A stretch of DNA of 62,192 bases, counting the filler, from Chiloscyllium plagiosum (taxonomy: Eukaryota), in NCBI RefSeq assembly GCF_004010195.1. It is 6 parts of one record of this genome, joined end to end, with 100 filler letters (N's around TTAATTAATTAA, not from the genome) between each part and the next. Parts side by side here need not be neighbours in the genome. Positions count along the whole stretch, not along the records: positions 57,579 to 62,192 come from NC_057717.1; 5 more parts are not named here. The stretch is one strand, 5' to 3'. This document shows, one piece after another, positions 61,540 through 62,192 of the stretch. The translations under genes were made by a program, and so were the position numbers. Every line of letters begins with the position of its first letter. The stretch's first letter is position 1. A model generated the notes under the pieces. It was given only the letters and a program-made list of their open reading frames with translations, ran no database searches and had not been told where the DNA came from.

Positions 61540-62192
61540 CTCTCTTTCTCTCGCTTTCACACACATTCGCTCACAGACGCATTCTTTCTCTTACACAGAC
61601 ACTCGTTCTCTCTCACACACACACATTCTCTCTCTCATGCACACACAAATTCTCTCTCACGCACACATGAATTCTCTCTCACGCACACACGCATTCTCTC
61701 TCTCGCTCGCTCACACTCATTGTCTCTGTCTCTCACACGCATTCTCTGTCTCTCACACGCATCCTGTGTCTCTCACACACGCATTCTCTCTCTTTCATGC
61801 ACACACGAATTCTCTCTCTCGCACACACGCATTCTCTCTGTCTCACACACATTCTCTCTGTCTCTCACACACACACATTATCTCACAGACGCATTCTTTC
61901 TCTGACACAGACACTCGTTCTCTCTCTCACACACGCATGCATTCTCTCTCACACGCACACATTCTCTCTCTCACACGTATTCTCTCTCTCACACGCACGC
62001 ATTCTCTCTCTCACACACACTCTCTCACATGCACACCTTCTCTCTCTCACACATGCATTCTCTCTCTCACACACGCTCTCTCTCACATGCAGACATTCGC
62101 TCTCTCTCACATGCACACATTCTCTCTCTCACACACGCATTCTCTCTCACAAGCACAGATTCTCTCTCACACACACATGCATTCTCTCTCTC
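61540..62192. repeat. Degenerate ~20-22-bp compound tandem repeat (CACACACGCATTCTCTCTCT)
   Basis: ATTCTCTCTC core recurring every ~20-22 bp to the window end. Confidence 0.9.

Noticed and set aside
60916..61905. 329-aa ORF and overlapping Arg/Glu-rich antisense ORF
   Set aside because: Translation of stop-poor microsatellites

Overview
Repeat-dominated vertebrate DNA, almost certainly from a shark or other cartilaginous fish: it carries HE1-type SINEs, shark-type CR1 LINEs with an SGNH-esterase ORF1, and abundant Penelope-like elements. It is a gapped draft assembly with 500-N gaps and five 100-bp gaps containing an artificial TTAATTAATTAA linker, so adjacency across gaps is uncertain. I find no intact host protein-coding gene. 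Contents: (1) a Gmr1-like Gypsy remnant with integrase before RT and an internal RT/RNase H deletion (1-1891); (2) many nested CR1 copies; (3) a 2.4-kb Penelope element plus many short Penelope-terminus fragments carrying a minimal hammerhead ribozyme core, including a perfect 88-bp fold-back insertion with a 14-bp target-site duplication; (4) a ~3.1-3.4 kb inverted duplication that may be a haplotig artefact; (5) adjacent 45-bp and ~32-33-bp tandem arrays spanning ~7.4 kb; (6) a decayed tRNA cluster (Glu-CTC, Glu-TTC, His-GTG, intron-containing Arg-TCT and Ile-TAT) mixed with candidate pseudo-exons; (7) an endogenous retrovirus env remnant with a gamma-type immunosuppressive domain, PPT and short LTR; (8) duplicated minus-strand exon-like cassettes and microsatellites at the right end. 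All family assignments are by eye from recalled motifs; no database searches were run.
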